Source: an uncultured Nitrososphaerota archaeon
Lineage (GTDB): Archaea > Thermoproteota > Nitrososphaeria > Nitrososphaerales > Gagatemarchaeaceae
DNA: 64,000 bases
Reading direction: 5' to 3'
Assembly (NCBI GenBank): GCA_963718895.1
Contig: CAVRAG010000008.1
Coordinates: 448,001 to 512,000, forward strand
The notes beneath the pieces are model-generated. The model did not search any database, was not told the DNA's origin, and was given only the letters and a program-made list of their open reading frames with translations. A program made the position numbers and the translations under genes. Each line of letters opens with the position of its first letter. The first letter of the stretch is position 1. Of this stretch, positions 48,457-58,342 are shown piece by piece.

Positions 48457-48750
48457 TCAGCCTTCGACGATGTCGAGCTTGCCGTAGCGTCCGATATTCA
48501 ATTGCCGCTCGCCTCTGAAGGTGTTGATGTAGCCGTTGGAGACCTTGACCTTCGCGCCCTTGGTGACGGCATCGATTTGCGCGTCCCAGAGTGAGAGCTT
48601 GATGCTCCCGCTCTCGTCCCGCAGCGTGGCGTCTGCGACCCTGGCCTGGCCTCCGGTCCTCAGGCTCACTTCGCGGGGAGACGAAATGTCCACAACCTCT
48701 CCTTCCACTTCAACAGTTCGCATTCCGTCACGTAGATCCTTGATGTTCAT
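48457..48750 (-). CDS. ssb: Single-OB-fold ssDNA-binding protein (crenarchaeal-type SSB)
   Basis: I.DL..GM..V, VADA.L.DESG.IKLSLW, NGY...FRG..QLNIG.YG. Confidence 0.88.
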   Translation of the reverse strand: MNIKDLRDGMRTVEVEGEVVDISSPREVSLRTGGQARVADATLRDESGSIKLSLWDAQIDAVTKGAKVKVSNGYINTFRGERQLNIGRYGKLDIVEG

Positions 48751-48895
48751 CGGTAGCTAACTCGCTACCACCCATTCCATGGATATATTTAATCGTTGAT
48801 AAGGCGACCGCGGAGCATCTGGTCGAGGTCTCGTGGTGGTTGAGTAGACACTTCGTCGTCGAGCGCCGACAGCCCTCCTTCTCTGGGAGCGTACC

Positions 48896-49897
48896 ATGAG
48901 ATTCGGCATCGCAAGGTATGTCGCCGAACTCACCGAATCCGGGCTCATCTGGGTCATCGCGGTGTTCTTCTGTCTGATCGCGCTCAACCTCGCCACCCTC
49001 GGCATGGGGCGATCGGCAGTGCTCGCCACTCTCAACTCGAACCCGGCGGGGGCCCTGCTCGCTCCCTTCGTCTTTGACTCCTGGGGGACCATCGGGGGGC
49101 TTGGCGGGGTGGTGCTTCTCTTTGCGCCGGTCCTCTTTGGGACCCCCGTGTCGCAGAGGAGGCCGCTGTCCCTCTTCTTCGCTACGGCGAGCGTCGCGAT
49201 CGGGGTCCTTGCGGCGCTCCTGTGGGACGCCTTCTACGACGACACAGGGCTCTTCGGGTCGGGATCATCGTCCATAGCCATCGCGGCGCAGGGGCTCATA
49301 TTCGCCCTCTCGATCCTCGGGCTGGTCAGGCTGGCGAGACAGGACACGCGGGACCTCGGGCCTCTGAGCGGCCACTGGTGGTACTCGTTTGCGATAATCT
49401 ACTTCACGCTCATCCTGACCTCCCTCTGGTTCATCCTCTCGCTCGAGCCGATATTCGTCCCTACGACGCTCTACAACTGGAGGGTCCACGAATTCGGATT
49501 CCTCTTCGCGGCGGCCGCGGCCTTCGCCTACGCCGGCGTCAGGTGGCGGGGACTGGGCCTGGACGGCGTCGTGCGCATCGACGAGACGCTGATGAACTTC
49601 CATTTCGACGACCTCTGCGGAAGGTTCCCGTCGAGAATACCCAAGTACCACGTCGTGTTCGCGGAGGTTGGAGGCGCCGAGAAGTCCGAGCTGCATCCGG
49701 AGCGGGGGGAGGTCTGGGTGAGCGGGGAGTTCCGGAACAGGGCGTACGACGTCGCCGGCCCGGACTTCGAGAGGACGCTCCTCCGCGCAATGGTCCGCGC
49801 AGAGCTCCTAGCCGAAGGCATGGACCCAGAAGATGGGACCAGGGGTACCGCGAGTCGGTTCGACGAGGTCGCCCGACTGGTCGGCGCGCCCTCCTAG
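48896..49897 (+). CDS. Rhomboid-like intramembrane protease with C-terminal SprT-like domain
   Basis: 6-7 TM, GSGSS and VHEFG; C-terminal TLLRAMVRAEL. Confidence 0.55.
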   Translation: MRFGIARYVAELTESGLIWVIAVFFCLIALNLATLGMGRSAVLATLNSNPAGALLAPFVFDSWGTIGGLGGVVLLFAPVLFGTPVSQRRPLSLFFATASVAIGVLAALLWDAFYDDTGLFGSGSSSIAIAAQGLIFALSILGLVRLARQDTRDLGPLSGHWWYSFAIIYFTLILTSLWFILSLEPIFVPTTLYNWRVHEFGFLFAAAAAFAYAGVRWRGLGLDGVVRIDETLMNFHFDDLCGRFPSRIPKYHVVFAEVGGAEKSELHPERGEVWVSGEFRNRAYDVAGPDFERTLLRAMVRAELLAEGMDPEDGTRGTASRFDEVARLVGAPS

Positions 49898-50003
49898 GCG
49901 GGCCGCCGCGTCGGCTGCAGACAGGGTCCGCCCCTATCCTGCGTCCCGCTGGGCCTCCCTTTGGAATCCTTAAGACGAGGAATCCGACGGTGGTGCAAAC
50001 AAA

Positions 50004-51038
50004 TTGGTGCCGTCAGTCGAAGACCTGGTCATTTTCGCGGTGGCCTTCGCCGTCCCATGCGCCGTCATCTTCGGTCTGATGCCGAGCTACATGCGTCTTC
50101 TCGCTTCGAAGGGCAGACTGGTCAGCGACGTGCACAAGGCAGACGGGGTCAAGGTCCCCACGCCTGCGGGACCGCTCCTGATACTCGCAATCGTAGCTGG
50201 CGAGGCCGGGATATACCTTGTTGCGGAATCTTCGATACCCCTCGCGGCGATCTCCGTGACACTGGTCGCCGGAGCCGTGGGCCTCTACGACGACGTTCGA
50301 GGATTGGGGGGAATCGTGAAGCCCCTACTGCTTACCCTCGCCGCCGTGCCCCTTGTGCTCCTGGAGCAGGTGCACCAGAGCCTCTACAACGCCCAGCTCT
50401 TCTTCCCGCTGTTCGGGGGGACGGGCACCCACTTCATCATCTTCATCATCTTGATTGTAGCGGCGATGCCCGTGGCGTCCAACGCGTTCAACATGCTTGA
50501 CGCGTTCAACGGCGAGCTCGCCGGGTTCACCGTGATCGTCACGGTCGCCTTGATCGTCGCCATCATCTTCCGGGCCTCGGTCTCTGCCTCGTTCGACTAC
50601 ATCAGGCTCGCCGCCGCCCTCCCGCTCGCCGCGGCCGCCCTCTGCTTCTACTTCTACAACAGGTTTCCCTCGAGAGTCTTTGATGGAGACAGCGGCAGCT
50701 TGGTCTTCGGCGCCCTGTTCGCCACGCTCGCCATAGTGGGTGGAGTCGAAATCGCAGCCCTGGTCGCGGCGATACCCGCTGTCCTGAACTCGTACTACAT
50801 ACTCGCCAGCTTAAGAGGGTTGGTAGAGCACAAGAAGATGGTTGCCAGACCCACATATCTCGGCGAGGACGGCAAGCTCCACGCCTCGCAGACACCGGGA
50901 GCCCCTGCGACGCTCGTAAAGATGATCTTGGCGAGGGAACCGATGGGGGAGAGGGACCTGGTCAGGAGCATCCTGATGCTCACGACGTACGCCTGCGTCC
51001 TGTCCGTTCTGACATCCGCAATGACGTGGTTTACTTGA
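50004..51038 (+). CDS. MraY/WecA/GPT-family GlcNAc-1-P transferase (AglH-like)
   Basis: DVHK...VP..AG, GLYDD, NAFNMLDAFNG, YNRFPSRVF.GDSG. Confidence 0.88.
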   Translation: MVPSVEDLVIFAVAFAVPCAVIFGLMPSYMRLLASKGRLVSDVHKADGVKVPTPAGPLLILAIVAGEAGIYLVAESSIPLAAISVTLVAGAVGLYDDVRGLGGIVKPLLLTLAAVPLVLLEQVHQSLYNAQLFFPLFGGTGTHFIIFIILIVAAMPVASNAFNMLDAFNGELAGFTVIVTVALIVAIIFRASVSASFDYIRLAAALPLAAAALCFYFYNRFPSRVFDGDSGSLVFGALFATLAIVGGVEIAALVAAIPAVLNSYYILASLRGLVEHKKMVARPTYLGEDGKLHASQTPGAPATLVKMILAREPMGERDLVRSILMLTTYACVLSVLTSAMTWFT

Positions 51039-51283
51039 CCTTGAAGAGCATCTACGGCCTCGTTGTCATCGTGACCGTGGCCTGGTTGTTGATCCTCGGG
51101 GAGAGCTACTTCTTCATCTTCGTGGTCAGGCCCCTGGGACCACCCCTGCACCTTGCAGACCTCCCTTCCTACGTCCTGAAAGTAGTGCTTACCGCGGGAC
51201 TCGGAGTGCTATGGGTTGGGGTTATGTTCGTGATGGACTCGTTGCACTCGCGCCTCACGAAGTCTCCCACTTCAGCTTCTTAG
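51026..51283 (+). CDS. Small two-TM membrane protein
   Basis: 85 aa, two hydrophobic helices, overlaps the upstream gene. Confidence 0.55.
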   Translation: MVYLTLKSIYGLVVIVTVAWLLILGESYFFIFVVRPLGPPLHLADLPSYVLKVVLTAGLGVLWVGVMFVMDSLHSRLTKSPTSAS

Positions 51284-51746
51284 CGTCGTACTCCTTCCGA
51301 GTGTACGCGACCCTGGCCGGCACGCCCATCACCACGGTCTCCGGAGGTACGTCCTTCGTGACCACTGCGCCCATCCCGACGACGCTGTTCTTGCCTACGG
51401 TGACGCCGGCCCTTATGACGGACCCGCCGCAGATTATCGCGCCGTCCTCGATGGTCACGCCGACCATCTTCTTCCCCATCGGATAGGGGTCGTTGGTGAT
51501 GACCACTGCCGGTCCAATGAAGACGCCCTTCCCTATCTTCGTGAGGGGAGGGATATAGACCGACCCCTCCACCCTGGTGTTGTCTCCGATCGTTACCTTG
51601 TAGTCCACATGGGCCAGCGATCCAATCATCACGTTGTCGCCGATTACAGTCCCGGATCCAACATATGCGTAATGCCAGATCTTCACGTTCTTACCGAGCT
51701 TGGCGTCGTCCGCCACGAAATTGAGAGGTCCGCGCCTGGCTTCCAA
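51255..51746 (-). CDS. Hexapeptide-repeat acyltransferase (WbpD-like)
   Basis: KIWHY, IGDN repeats, FIGP.V..TND.YP, GAVVTKDVP. Confidence 0.88.
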   Translation of the reverse strand: MEARRGPLNFVADDAKLGKNVKIWHYAYVGSGTVIGDNVMIGSLAHVDYKVTIGDNTRVEGSVYIPPLTKIGKGVFIGPAVVITNDPYPMGKKMVGVTIEDGAIICGGSVIRAGVTVGKNSVVGMGAVVTKDVPPETVVMGVPARVAYTRKEYDAKKLKWETS

Positions 51747-51891
51747 GGTGGAACGAAGCTTGCACCCAGAGGGCTAGATAAACATCCTCTTCCGGACGCC
51801 GAAAGGAACTCGAAGGAGAATGTGGTAGAAGGTTCGGACTACTCCCCAGACTCAAGAAGGGGCCCTTTCATAATCTTAAATAGAATGAGCT

Positions 51892-53085
51892 TTGACATCG
51901 CGAGCCGTAATGGTCCATGAGCCTATCGGCAAGAGCGCGGGCACGGCACTGCCCGAGATGGCTCAACTGGCGAAACTCCTCATGAAGATGGGTCCGGACA
52001 TCGACCTTATCGCGAGAATCTCCGGACAGTACAAGGAGACGATTCGGTACAGGTACAAGGAGAAGATCCTCGGGAAGGGATTCGCGATACACGCTAGGGT
52101 GAACTTTGAGGGGCTCGGCATGCAGCGGGTGATCATGAAGGTCAGTTTGAGCGAGACATACTCCCGGTATGCCAGAGAGATGTTCCTGGCCATGAACAAG
52201 CTCTGCTATCTCGTATCGTTCAACCAGCTTCTCCCCGACGGCAACTACATGGTCCATGCGAGCGTCCCCAAGGAATACAGCCAGGGCCTGATGGACCTGA
52301 TGAATCAGCTGAAAGAGCTAGGAGTATTCGAGTCGGTCGAGTTCTTTACCTTCGACTGGTTCAGCAACACGCCGATGAGGGCCGAGTTCTTTGACTTCGA
52401 CCATGGGAACTGGGACTACGACTGGACCAAGAACGTGGAGCCCGGGAAGAACGAGGACCCTAGGCAGACCGAGAGGTTCGCGTTCGACAAGATCGACCTT
52501 CTCATCCTGAAGGAGCTTCAGGCCGACGCCAGCAGGTCGCTCAGCGAGATCAGGGACTCGATAAAGACAAACAACGGCCTGGACATCAACTACAAGACGC
52601 TCGCGTGGCACTGGGCGAGACACGTCAAGGAGAAGGGGATGATCAACGGCTACGCACTCAGATGGATGGGCACGACCTATGACTCGGTCGCTGACAAGGC
52701 CAAGCACCGGCAGCACAGGTACATCATGATCCCCGTCTTCGTGAGAGGAGTCAGCGACGCTGAGCGCGTCGCCCTGATTGGCGAGATGAACAAGCTCCCA
52801 TTCCTCTGGTGCGAGGCCGCTGGAAAGGACTACCACGCGCAACTCGCGTTCCCGGTCGAGATGGTCAACGACGCGTTCGAGTTCCTGAAGGAAGCGCTCG
52901 GGCCGTTCGGGCCGAGAGCCAGCTACAGCGTGCTCGACCAGACCAACGCGCTGAGCTTCACATTCTCCTACGGGCTCTTCGACGACGAGAAGAGGATGTG
53001 GACCTTCAATGGACCAGAGCTCACAGCCAGGTTCCAGAATCTGATCCTGAAAATAAGGGAAAGCTCCGGGGCCGCCCGGAACTAG
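51892..53085 (+). CDS. Duplicated Lrp/AsnC-like HTH-RAM protein
   Basis: IARISG..KET.RYR and FDKIDL.IL.ELQ.DA..SL.EI segments. Confidence 0.6.
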   Translation: MTSRAVMVHEPIGKSAGTALPEMAQLAKLLMKMGPDIDLIARISGQYKETIRYRYKEKILGKGFAIHARVNFEGLGMQRVIMKVSLSETYSRYAREMFLAMNKLCYLVSFNQLLPDGNYMVHASVPKEYSQGLMDLMNQLKELGVFESVEFFTFDWFSNTPMRAEFFDFDHGNWDYDWTKNVEPGKNEDPRQTERFAFDKIDLLILKELQADASRSLSEIRDSIKTNNGLDINYKTLAWHWARHVKEKGMINGYALRWMGTTYDSVADKAKHRQHRYIMIPVFVRGVSDAERVALIGEMNKLPFLWCEAAGKDYHAQLAFPVEMVNDAFEFLKEALGPFGPRASYSVLDQTNALSFTFSYGLFDDEKRMWTFNGPELTARFQNLILKIRESSGAARN

Positions 53086-53272
53086 GCCTCTCTACAGAGT
53101 GCCGGAGCCACCCACGATTTCCAAAGGGCCGATGTGGAGGCCCATCGCCGTCAGCACCAGGCTCGCCCCTCCCAGTGCCATCATCCCGTAACGGACTTTT
53201 TCGTCAATGGTCATGATGTGAAGAGAATCATAATTCGGATTTAAGCATATACTTAGCCTGAACTAGTGAAAT

Positions 53273-54184
53273 TTGTGCAACTTCCGGGGGACCCCCAGCG
53301 AGAACGATGGGGGTCATGCTTATCACACCCAGCCCGGTCGCCGAGGGCAAGGGACGATGGCGATGAAGGACGGTGTCCGGAGAGGGAGGAGGACCAAGGC
53401 TGCTGTTGTCTTGACATCAGTTGTCGTCATCATAGCCGCGGTGGCCTTGGGCAACGTCCTCGGCGGAGGAGGGGGGCCTCGTCTGAGCTCGACGGCGACC
53501 GTGGGCTCGCTAACGTCCGCAGGCGTCGCATGCACGGACCCATCTCTCTCAGCCACGGCCGCCCAGGCTGAGGGAGACCCGAGGTTCACCCAGCTCAGCG
53601 ACGGTCTCTGCTACAGCTTCGTCGGGACAGGTGATTCGGCCGTCGGAGGCTCCGATATCGCGGCCCTCTACACCTTCGACTACTACAACGGGTCCGTCAT
53701 CTATCCCTGCGGGACCTTCCCCCAGGCCCTCGTGGTGAGCCAGATCCAGGCCGAGGTCGTCGCGAACGGGTCCCGGTCAGTGGTCCAGTCGGCCGAGCTC
53801 GTGAACGACACGGCTTCGTTGAACTCGGCTACGGGTTGCGGGCCGGACAGACCCCCGGTCTCCGTGGTCAGCGCCCAGCTAGTCGAGGTCACGATCCCCG
53901 CAGTCCTGGAGGTGAACCTGACCCTCGACGCACCCTCTCCCCCGCAGCCGGTGACCGCACTGAAGGCCGTCATTCTGGTCCCGGGTGCGAACCAGACGAT
54001 CGAGTTCTCAGGAGTGACGCCTAGGAATCCTCTCTCGGCGGGGAGGTCTGCGTCTCAAATCAGCATAATAACAGGGCCGGCGGGTTTCACGGCCGGCGAG
54101 GTCTTCGAGATGGCGATTGAAGGGAAGTATCAGGGTGGGCAGTCGTTCGAGTACACCGTCGAGATCGCCCTGGTGAGCACCTGA
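53273..54184 (+). CDS. Hypothetical exported protein
   Basis: Basic region plus TM near the probable start (53357); beta-rich body with paired Cys. Confidence 0.6.
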   Translation: MCNFRGTPSENDGGHAYHTQPGRRGQGTMAMKDGVRRGRRTKAAVVLTSVVVIIAAVALGNVLGGGGGPRLSSTATVGSLTSAGVACTDPSLSATAAQAEGDPRFTQLSDGLCYSFVGTGDSAVGGSDIAALYTFDYYNGSVIYPCGTFPQALVVSQIQAEVVANGSRSVVQSAELVNDTASLNSATGCGPDRPPVSVVSAQLVEVTIPAVLEVNLTLDAPSPPQPVTALKAVILVPGANQTIEFSGVTPRNPLSAGRSASQISIITGPAGFTAGEVFEMAIEGKYQGGQSFEYTVEIALVST

Positions 54185-54693
54185 TGCCTACGCTCGAGTA
54201 CGTCGCGGCAGCGACATTCATCGCAGCCGTCGTCATCATAGGCGGGGTCGAGATCATAAGCTTCGTCATCAAGCGGGCGGCCAAGGCCGCAGGGGCAGGC
54301 AGCGTCACCCTGAGGGACTTGGGCGCCTTCGCAAGGATCTCGGAGGTTCTGCTCATCGCGGTCTCGATCGCTCAGATATCTGGAGTGAGCTCTATCTTCA
54401 CCACGCTGACCCTGTCAGGAATAGGTGCGCTGGCCCTCTCGCTGGCGCTGCAGACATCTCTCTCGAACATCATCTCGGGCATCCTCCTTCTGAGCGACGG
54501 GGTGATCCACCTCGGCGACGTCATCGAGTACAGCGGGGCGAAGGGGAAGATCGTGAGGATCGCGCTGAGGAACACCTGGATCATGGCCGAGGACGGCAGC
54601 ATCGCGGTCGTGAGCAACACATCCCTGTCCAACGGCCCGCTCCTCAACAGGACCGGGGCGGAACGACTAAAGAAGAAGTACGCGATCCAGTGA
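54184..54693 (+). CDS. MscS-family mechanosensitive channel (short form)
   Basis: LALQ..LSNIISG, GD.I...G..G.I..I.LR.T. Confidence 0.8.
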   Translation: MPTLEYVAAATFIAAVVIIGGVEIISFVIKRAAKAAGAGSVTLRDLGAFARISEVLLIAVSIAQISGVSSIFTTLTLSGIGALALSLALQTSLSNIISGILLLSDGVIHLGDVIEYSGAKGKIVRIALRNTWIMAEDGSIAVVSNTSLSNGPLLNRTGAERLKKKYAIQ

Positions 54694-54721
54694 CCAGAAC
54701 AGACCAGACGATAGCGGCCAA

Positions 54722-55144
54722 CTACGGTTTTGATCGGCCCAGGCCGTCGATCACTTCTAGATGGTCGCTCGCGATGTCGGCCCGAGGGAGCGCGCTCAGC
54801 CGGTAGTAGGAGGCCTCAACGTACGGGAGCCTCGCCGCGAGCTTTGGAATCCCGCCCTTGAAGTCGTAGACGAAGCACAGGTCCCAGTGTGATCCCAGGT
54901 AGGACTGGATCTCTCTGAACTTCGGCTCCAGCGCGTCAGCCCCTTCAAGCTGCGAGGCAACCGCCCTCTTGGCGGCCGCGGGAGGCCACTCCCCGAACTC
55001 CAGCATCACCGCAGGCAGCATCAGGTTTCCCCGCCTGAAGGAGAGCGGGTGCGCGTCGCCCGCCTTCAGCAGAAGTATCGAGCCCTCGCCGTCCCCCACG
55101 ATCGCAAAGGCGGAGATGTGGAGGTTCTCGTCGCTGATGCGCAT
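54722..55144 (-). CDS. Nudix-fold protein (degenerate Nudix box)
   Basis: Start MRISDEN at 55144; LP...LEFGE.P..AAKR. Confidence 0.6.
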   Translation of the reverse strand: MRISDENLHISAFAIVGDGEGSILLLKAGDAHPLSFRRGNLMLPAVMLEFGEWPPAAAKRAVASQLEGADALEPKFREIQSYLGSHWDLCFVYDFKGGIPKLAARLPYVEASYYRLSALPRADIASDHLEVIDGLGRSKP

Positions 55145-55327
55145 CCTTCGTCGCTGCCCGTGGCTGCTGCTGGTCGATGCTGCCAATCTCGAGTCTAGCG
55201 CCTGGTGGGACGGCCGGGTTAAAGCCGTTTTCCCCGGCCCGTGCCACATAGGGGAATCCAGGAGGTGCGAGGCACACCATGAGGAAAGGTCGCAAGAGAG
55301 ATATCGTTGTGCCGCGTGCCTCCTCTC

Positions 55328-56215
55328 ATGGGACCCGTCGAGGCCGCGGTCGTCGTCCTTGCTCTCGTCGCGGCGTGGTCCATGGGCCACCACTACTCAG
55401 GCGCGGTCGTGGGGACGGCCTTCGGCTCGAAGTCGATAACACTTGGAAGGGGACTCCTGATCTCCGGACTCCTCGTGATCCTCGGGGCGGCATTGAGCAC
55501 CGTCGTGCAGACCTACGCCAATCTTGCGAAGGTGGGTGGTGAGTACAGCGTGGTGGTGCTCATCTCCTTCGTCCTCATGAGCAACGTGACCACGTACCTG
55601 AAGATACCCACGTCCACGATACAGCTCTACACCTTCGGGATATTGGGGGCGGCGCTCGCCTCAGGTACCTTCATCAGCTATCCCACCCTGGCGGTCATCG
55701 TCCTGTCCTGGGCCATAGCGCCCACGCTCGGGTACGCGCTGGGCCGGGTTGTCTACCGCTACATACCCCAGTCCGAGCACCTGCGGTACCTCATCCTGGG
55801 CACGATGCTCTACTCCGCCCTCGTCCTCGGGCTCAACGACGTGAGCAACGCGGCCACGAGCCTCGTCGTCTCGGGGGTCGCCATCCTTCCGGCCAAGCTC
55901 GCGTGCGGGGTCGCCATGATGGTCGGCATGGTCACGTGGGGGTCGAGGCTCGCCAGGAGGGTGGGCGAGGACCTTGTAGAGATGGACGCCAGGAAGGCCG
56001 CAGCGGCTCAGCTGACCAAGTCGGTTGTGATTTCAGCTTTGAACTTGTTCGGCGTGAACGCGTCCATGAACCAGACCATCGTGGCCGCCCTCGCATCAAT
56101 GGGAGCGAGGAGGAAGGTCCTGAAGAGCATCGTCATGGGCTGGGTCTACAGTCCGGTCATCGGGTTCGCCGTGTCCTTCGGGCTTTCGTACGTGCTGGCG
56201 AAGGGCCTCCTCTAG
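55328..56215 (+). CDS. PiT-family inorganic phosphate transporter
   Basis: IPTST.Q, SWAIAP, GLNDVSNA, WVYSP. Confidence 0.8.
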   Translation: MGPVEAAVVVLALVAAWSMGHHYSGAVVGTAFGSKSITLGRGLLISGLLVILGAALSTVVQTYANLAKVGGEYSVVVLISFVLMSNVTTYLKIPTSTIQLYTFGILGAALASGTFISYPTLAVIVLSWAIAPTLGYALGRVVYRYIPQSEHLRYLILGTMLYSALVLGLNDVSNAATSLVVSGVAILPAKLACGVAMMVGMVTWGSRLARRVGEDLVEMDARKAAAAQLTKSVVISALNLFGVNASMNQTIVAALASMGARRKVLKSIVMGWVYSPVIGFAVSFGLSYVLAKGLL

Positions 56216-56756
56216 GCGATCGGGGAGGTCTGCGATGGAGGGCGATGGCCTTCGTGATTAGGTCCCTGGCGTGTCTCTCATCTTTCCAGCCGTCTATGGT
56301 GACGAACTTGCCCGGTTCCGACTCCTTGTAGTGTTGGAAGAAGTGTTCGATTTGCCTCCTGGTGAACTCCGGGAGCTGGTCGACGGAATCGACGTCGGAG
56401 TAGTTGGGGTCGACGTGGCGAGCTGGTACAGCTACAATCTTCGAGTCTGGGCCCTTTTCGTCCTCCATCAACAGTACACCGATTGGTCGGGAGCGGATGA
56501 CCGACATCGGGAAGACCGGCTCCTCGGTCACGACGAGCGCGTCGAGTGGGTCACCGTCCTCGCCCCTCGTCTGGGGGATGAATCCGTAGTTGAACGGGTA
56601 ATAGGTCGGCGTGTACAGGAAGCGGTCGACGAAGACGAAGCCCGTCGCCTCGTCTATCTCGTACTTCACGTTGCTACCCCTGGGAATCTCCACGACCACG
56701 TTCACCTGCTCGGGTGCGTCTGCTCCAACGGTCAGCTTTCTTGGCATCCAGCCCAC
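56157..56756 (-). CDS. ppa: Family I inorganic pyrophosphatase
   Basis: VEIP.GS.VKYE, DR, YPFNYGFIPQT, DGDPLD, MEDEKGPD.K, HFF.HYK. Confidence 0.93.
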   Translation of the reverse strand: MGWMPRKLTVGADAPEQVNVVVEIPRGSNVKYEIDEATGFVFVDRFLYTPTYYPFNYGFIPQTRGEDGDPLDALVVTEEPVFPMSVIRSRPIGVLLMEDEKGPDSKIVAVPARHVDPNYSDVDSVDQLPEFTRRQIEHFFQHYKESEPGKFVTIDGWKDERHARDLITKAIALHRRPPRSPRGGPSPARTKARRTRRTR

Positions 56757-56927
56757 GGCGCCGAGAGCGCGTTGGCTCTGGCTTTAAGCTGAAATCCCAT
56801 CGGCGTTGCTCCGGGTGGTCGAAAGTAATCGAAAGGAGAGGTTCTCCAGCACGTGCGGCCCCGAGCATCCGCGTCCGAGAGGCGCGACTCGGGTCTCTTA
56901 TATGGTCAAGAGTATCACGGTTCGTGG

Positions 56928-58283
56928 ATGACGGTCGAGATCACCTGCTACGGTGGAGTCAACGAGATCGGCGGGAACAAGATTCTGGTCTCAGACAAGG
57001 ACACCAAGGTCCTGCTCGACTTCGGGGCGGGGTTCTCGGAAGGGTTGGACTACTTCGGTTCCGGTATAGATCCGAGGCGGGTCAACGGGGCGGGCGACTA
57101 CTTCGAGTTCGGCCTTCTCCCAGAGCTCCCGGGCCTCTACTCAGAGGCATCACTTCACAACACCGGGCTGAAGCACACGCCTCCGGAGGTGGACGCAGTC
57201 ATACTGAGCCACTACCACTCCGACCACATGGGGAGGATCTCGCTCCTCGACAGGGAGATACCGGTCTACTGTGGAGCTACGACGGCCCTCATACACGAGG
57301 CTTCACACGAGTCGGGAGGGTCCTCCCTCGACGGGCGGGAGGTCAGGACGTTCCGCACAGGAGACCGGTTCAGGGTCGGGGGGATCGAGGTGACGCCAGT
57401 CCACGTCGACCATTCGATCCCGGGAGCCTACGGTTTCATCCTGCAGACCTCCGAAGGGCCGATAGCCTACACGGGAGATTTCAGGTTCCACGGTCCTATG
57501 GGCTCCATGACCGAGGACTTCATCATCGAGGCCCAGAGAGCGGGACCCGTCACGCTGATCACTGAGGGCACGAGGGTAGCGAGCGGTGACAAGAAGCAGG
57601 AGATGGGGGAGGCGAAGGTCGCCGACGAGACTGCCAAGCTCCTGAAGGCGAATCCTCACCTCGTCTTCTCTTCGTTCAGGGGCAACGACGTCGACAGGGT
57701 CCTCTCGTTCTACAGCGCCTGCCAAGCGACGGGCCGTCGGCTCGTGGTCTCGATGAAGGTCGCGCTCCTCCTCGACGGGCTCAAGAACGACAAGCACCTC
57801 AAGGTACCCCGGGTCGGGAAGGACGTCTCAGTGTATCTCCGGAGGAAGGGCAAGGGGGGCTACGACGATCGGGACTACTACAAGTGGGAGAGGAAGTTCA
57901 TCGACCAAGGCTTCACGGCCGAGGACGTGAAGAAGCAACAGTCCGGGGTCCTGCTCCACCTCGACCAGTGGTACCTTCCCGAGCTGATTGACATCCGGCC
58001 CGAGACGGGCGGCGCCTACATCCATGCGACCACGGAGGCTTTCAACGAGGAAGGCGAGCAGGACGAGCAGATGATCAGGAACTGGGTAAGCCACTTCGGG
58101 TTCGAGTACCACCAGATACACGCCTCGGGCCACGCGCCCATGGAGAAGGTCGCGAGCCTCGTGAACGACATAGGAGGGAGGAAGGTGATCCCCGTCCACA
58201 CCGAAAGCCCCGACCTCTTCCGCAAACTCGTGAAGAAGGGTCTTGTAGTGAAGCCGGTCAAGGGGAAGGCAATCTCGCTCTGA
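56928..58283 (+). CDS. MBL-fold/beta-CASP ribonuclease (RNase J-like)
   Basis: GGV.EIGGN, SHYHSDH, VDHSIPG, YTGDFR, HASGH, PVHT. Confidence 0.85.
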   Translation: MTVEITCYGGVNEIGGNKILVSDKDTKVLLDFGAGFSEGLDYFGSGIDPRRVNGAGDYFEFGLLPELPGLYSEASLHNTGLKHTPPEVDAVILSHYHSDHMGRISLLDREIPVYCGATTALIHEASHESGGSSLDGREVRTFRTGDRFRVGGIEVTPVHVDHSIPGAYGFILQTSEGPIAYTGDFRFHGPMGSMTEDFIIEAQRAGPVTLITEGTRVASGDKKQEMGEAKVADETAKLLKANPHLVFSSFRGNDVDRVLSFYSACQATGRRLVVSMKVALLLDGLKNDKHLKVPRVGKDVSVYLRRKGKGGYDDRDYYKWERKFIDQGFTAEDVKKQQSGVLLHLDQWYLPELIDIRPETGGAYIHATTEAFNEEGEQDEQMIRNWVSHFGFEYHQIHASGHAPMEKVASLVNDIGGRKVIPVHTESPDLFRKLVKKGLVVKPVKGKAISL

Positions 58284-58342
58284 CCCCGCACGGCCGGTCG
58301 AGCCTCCCAAACTTTAACTTCGTCAAGGGACATTGAGGGACG

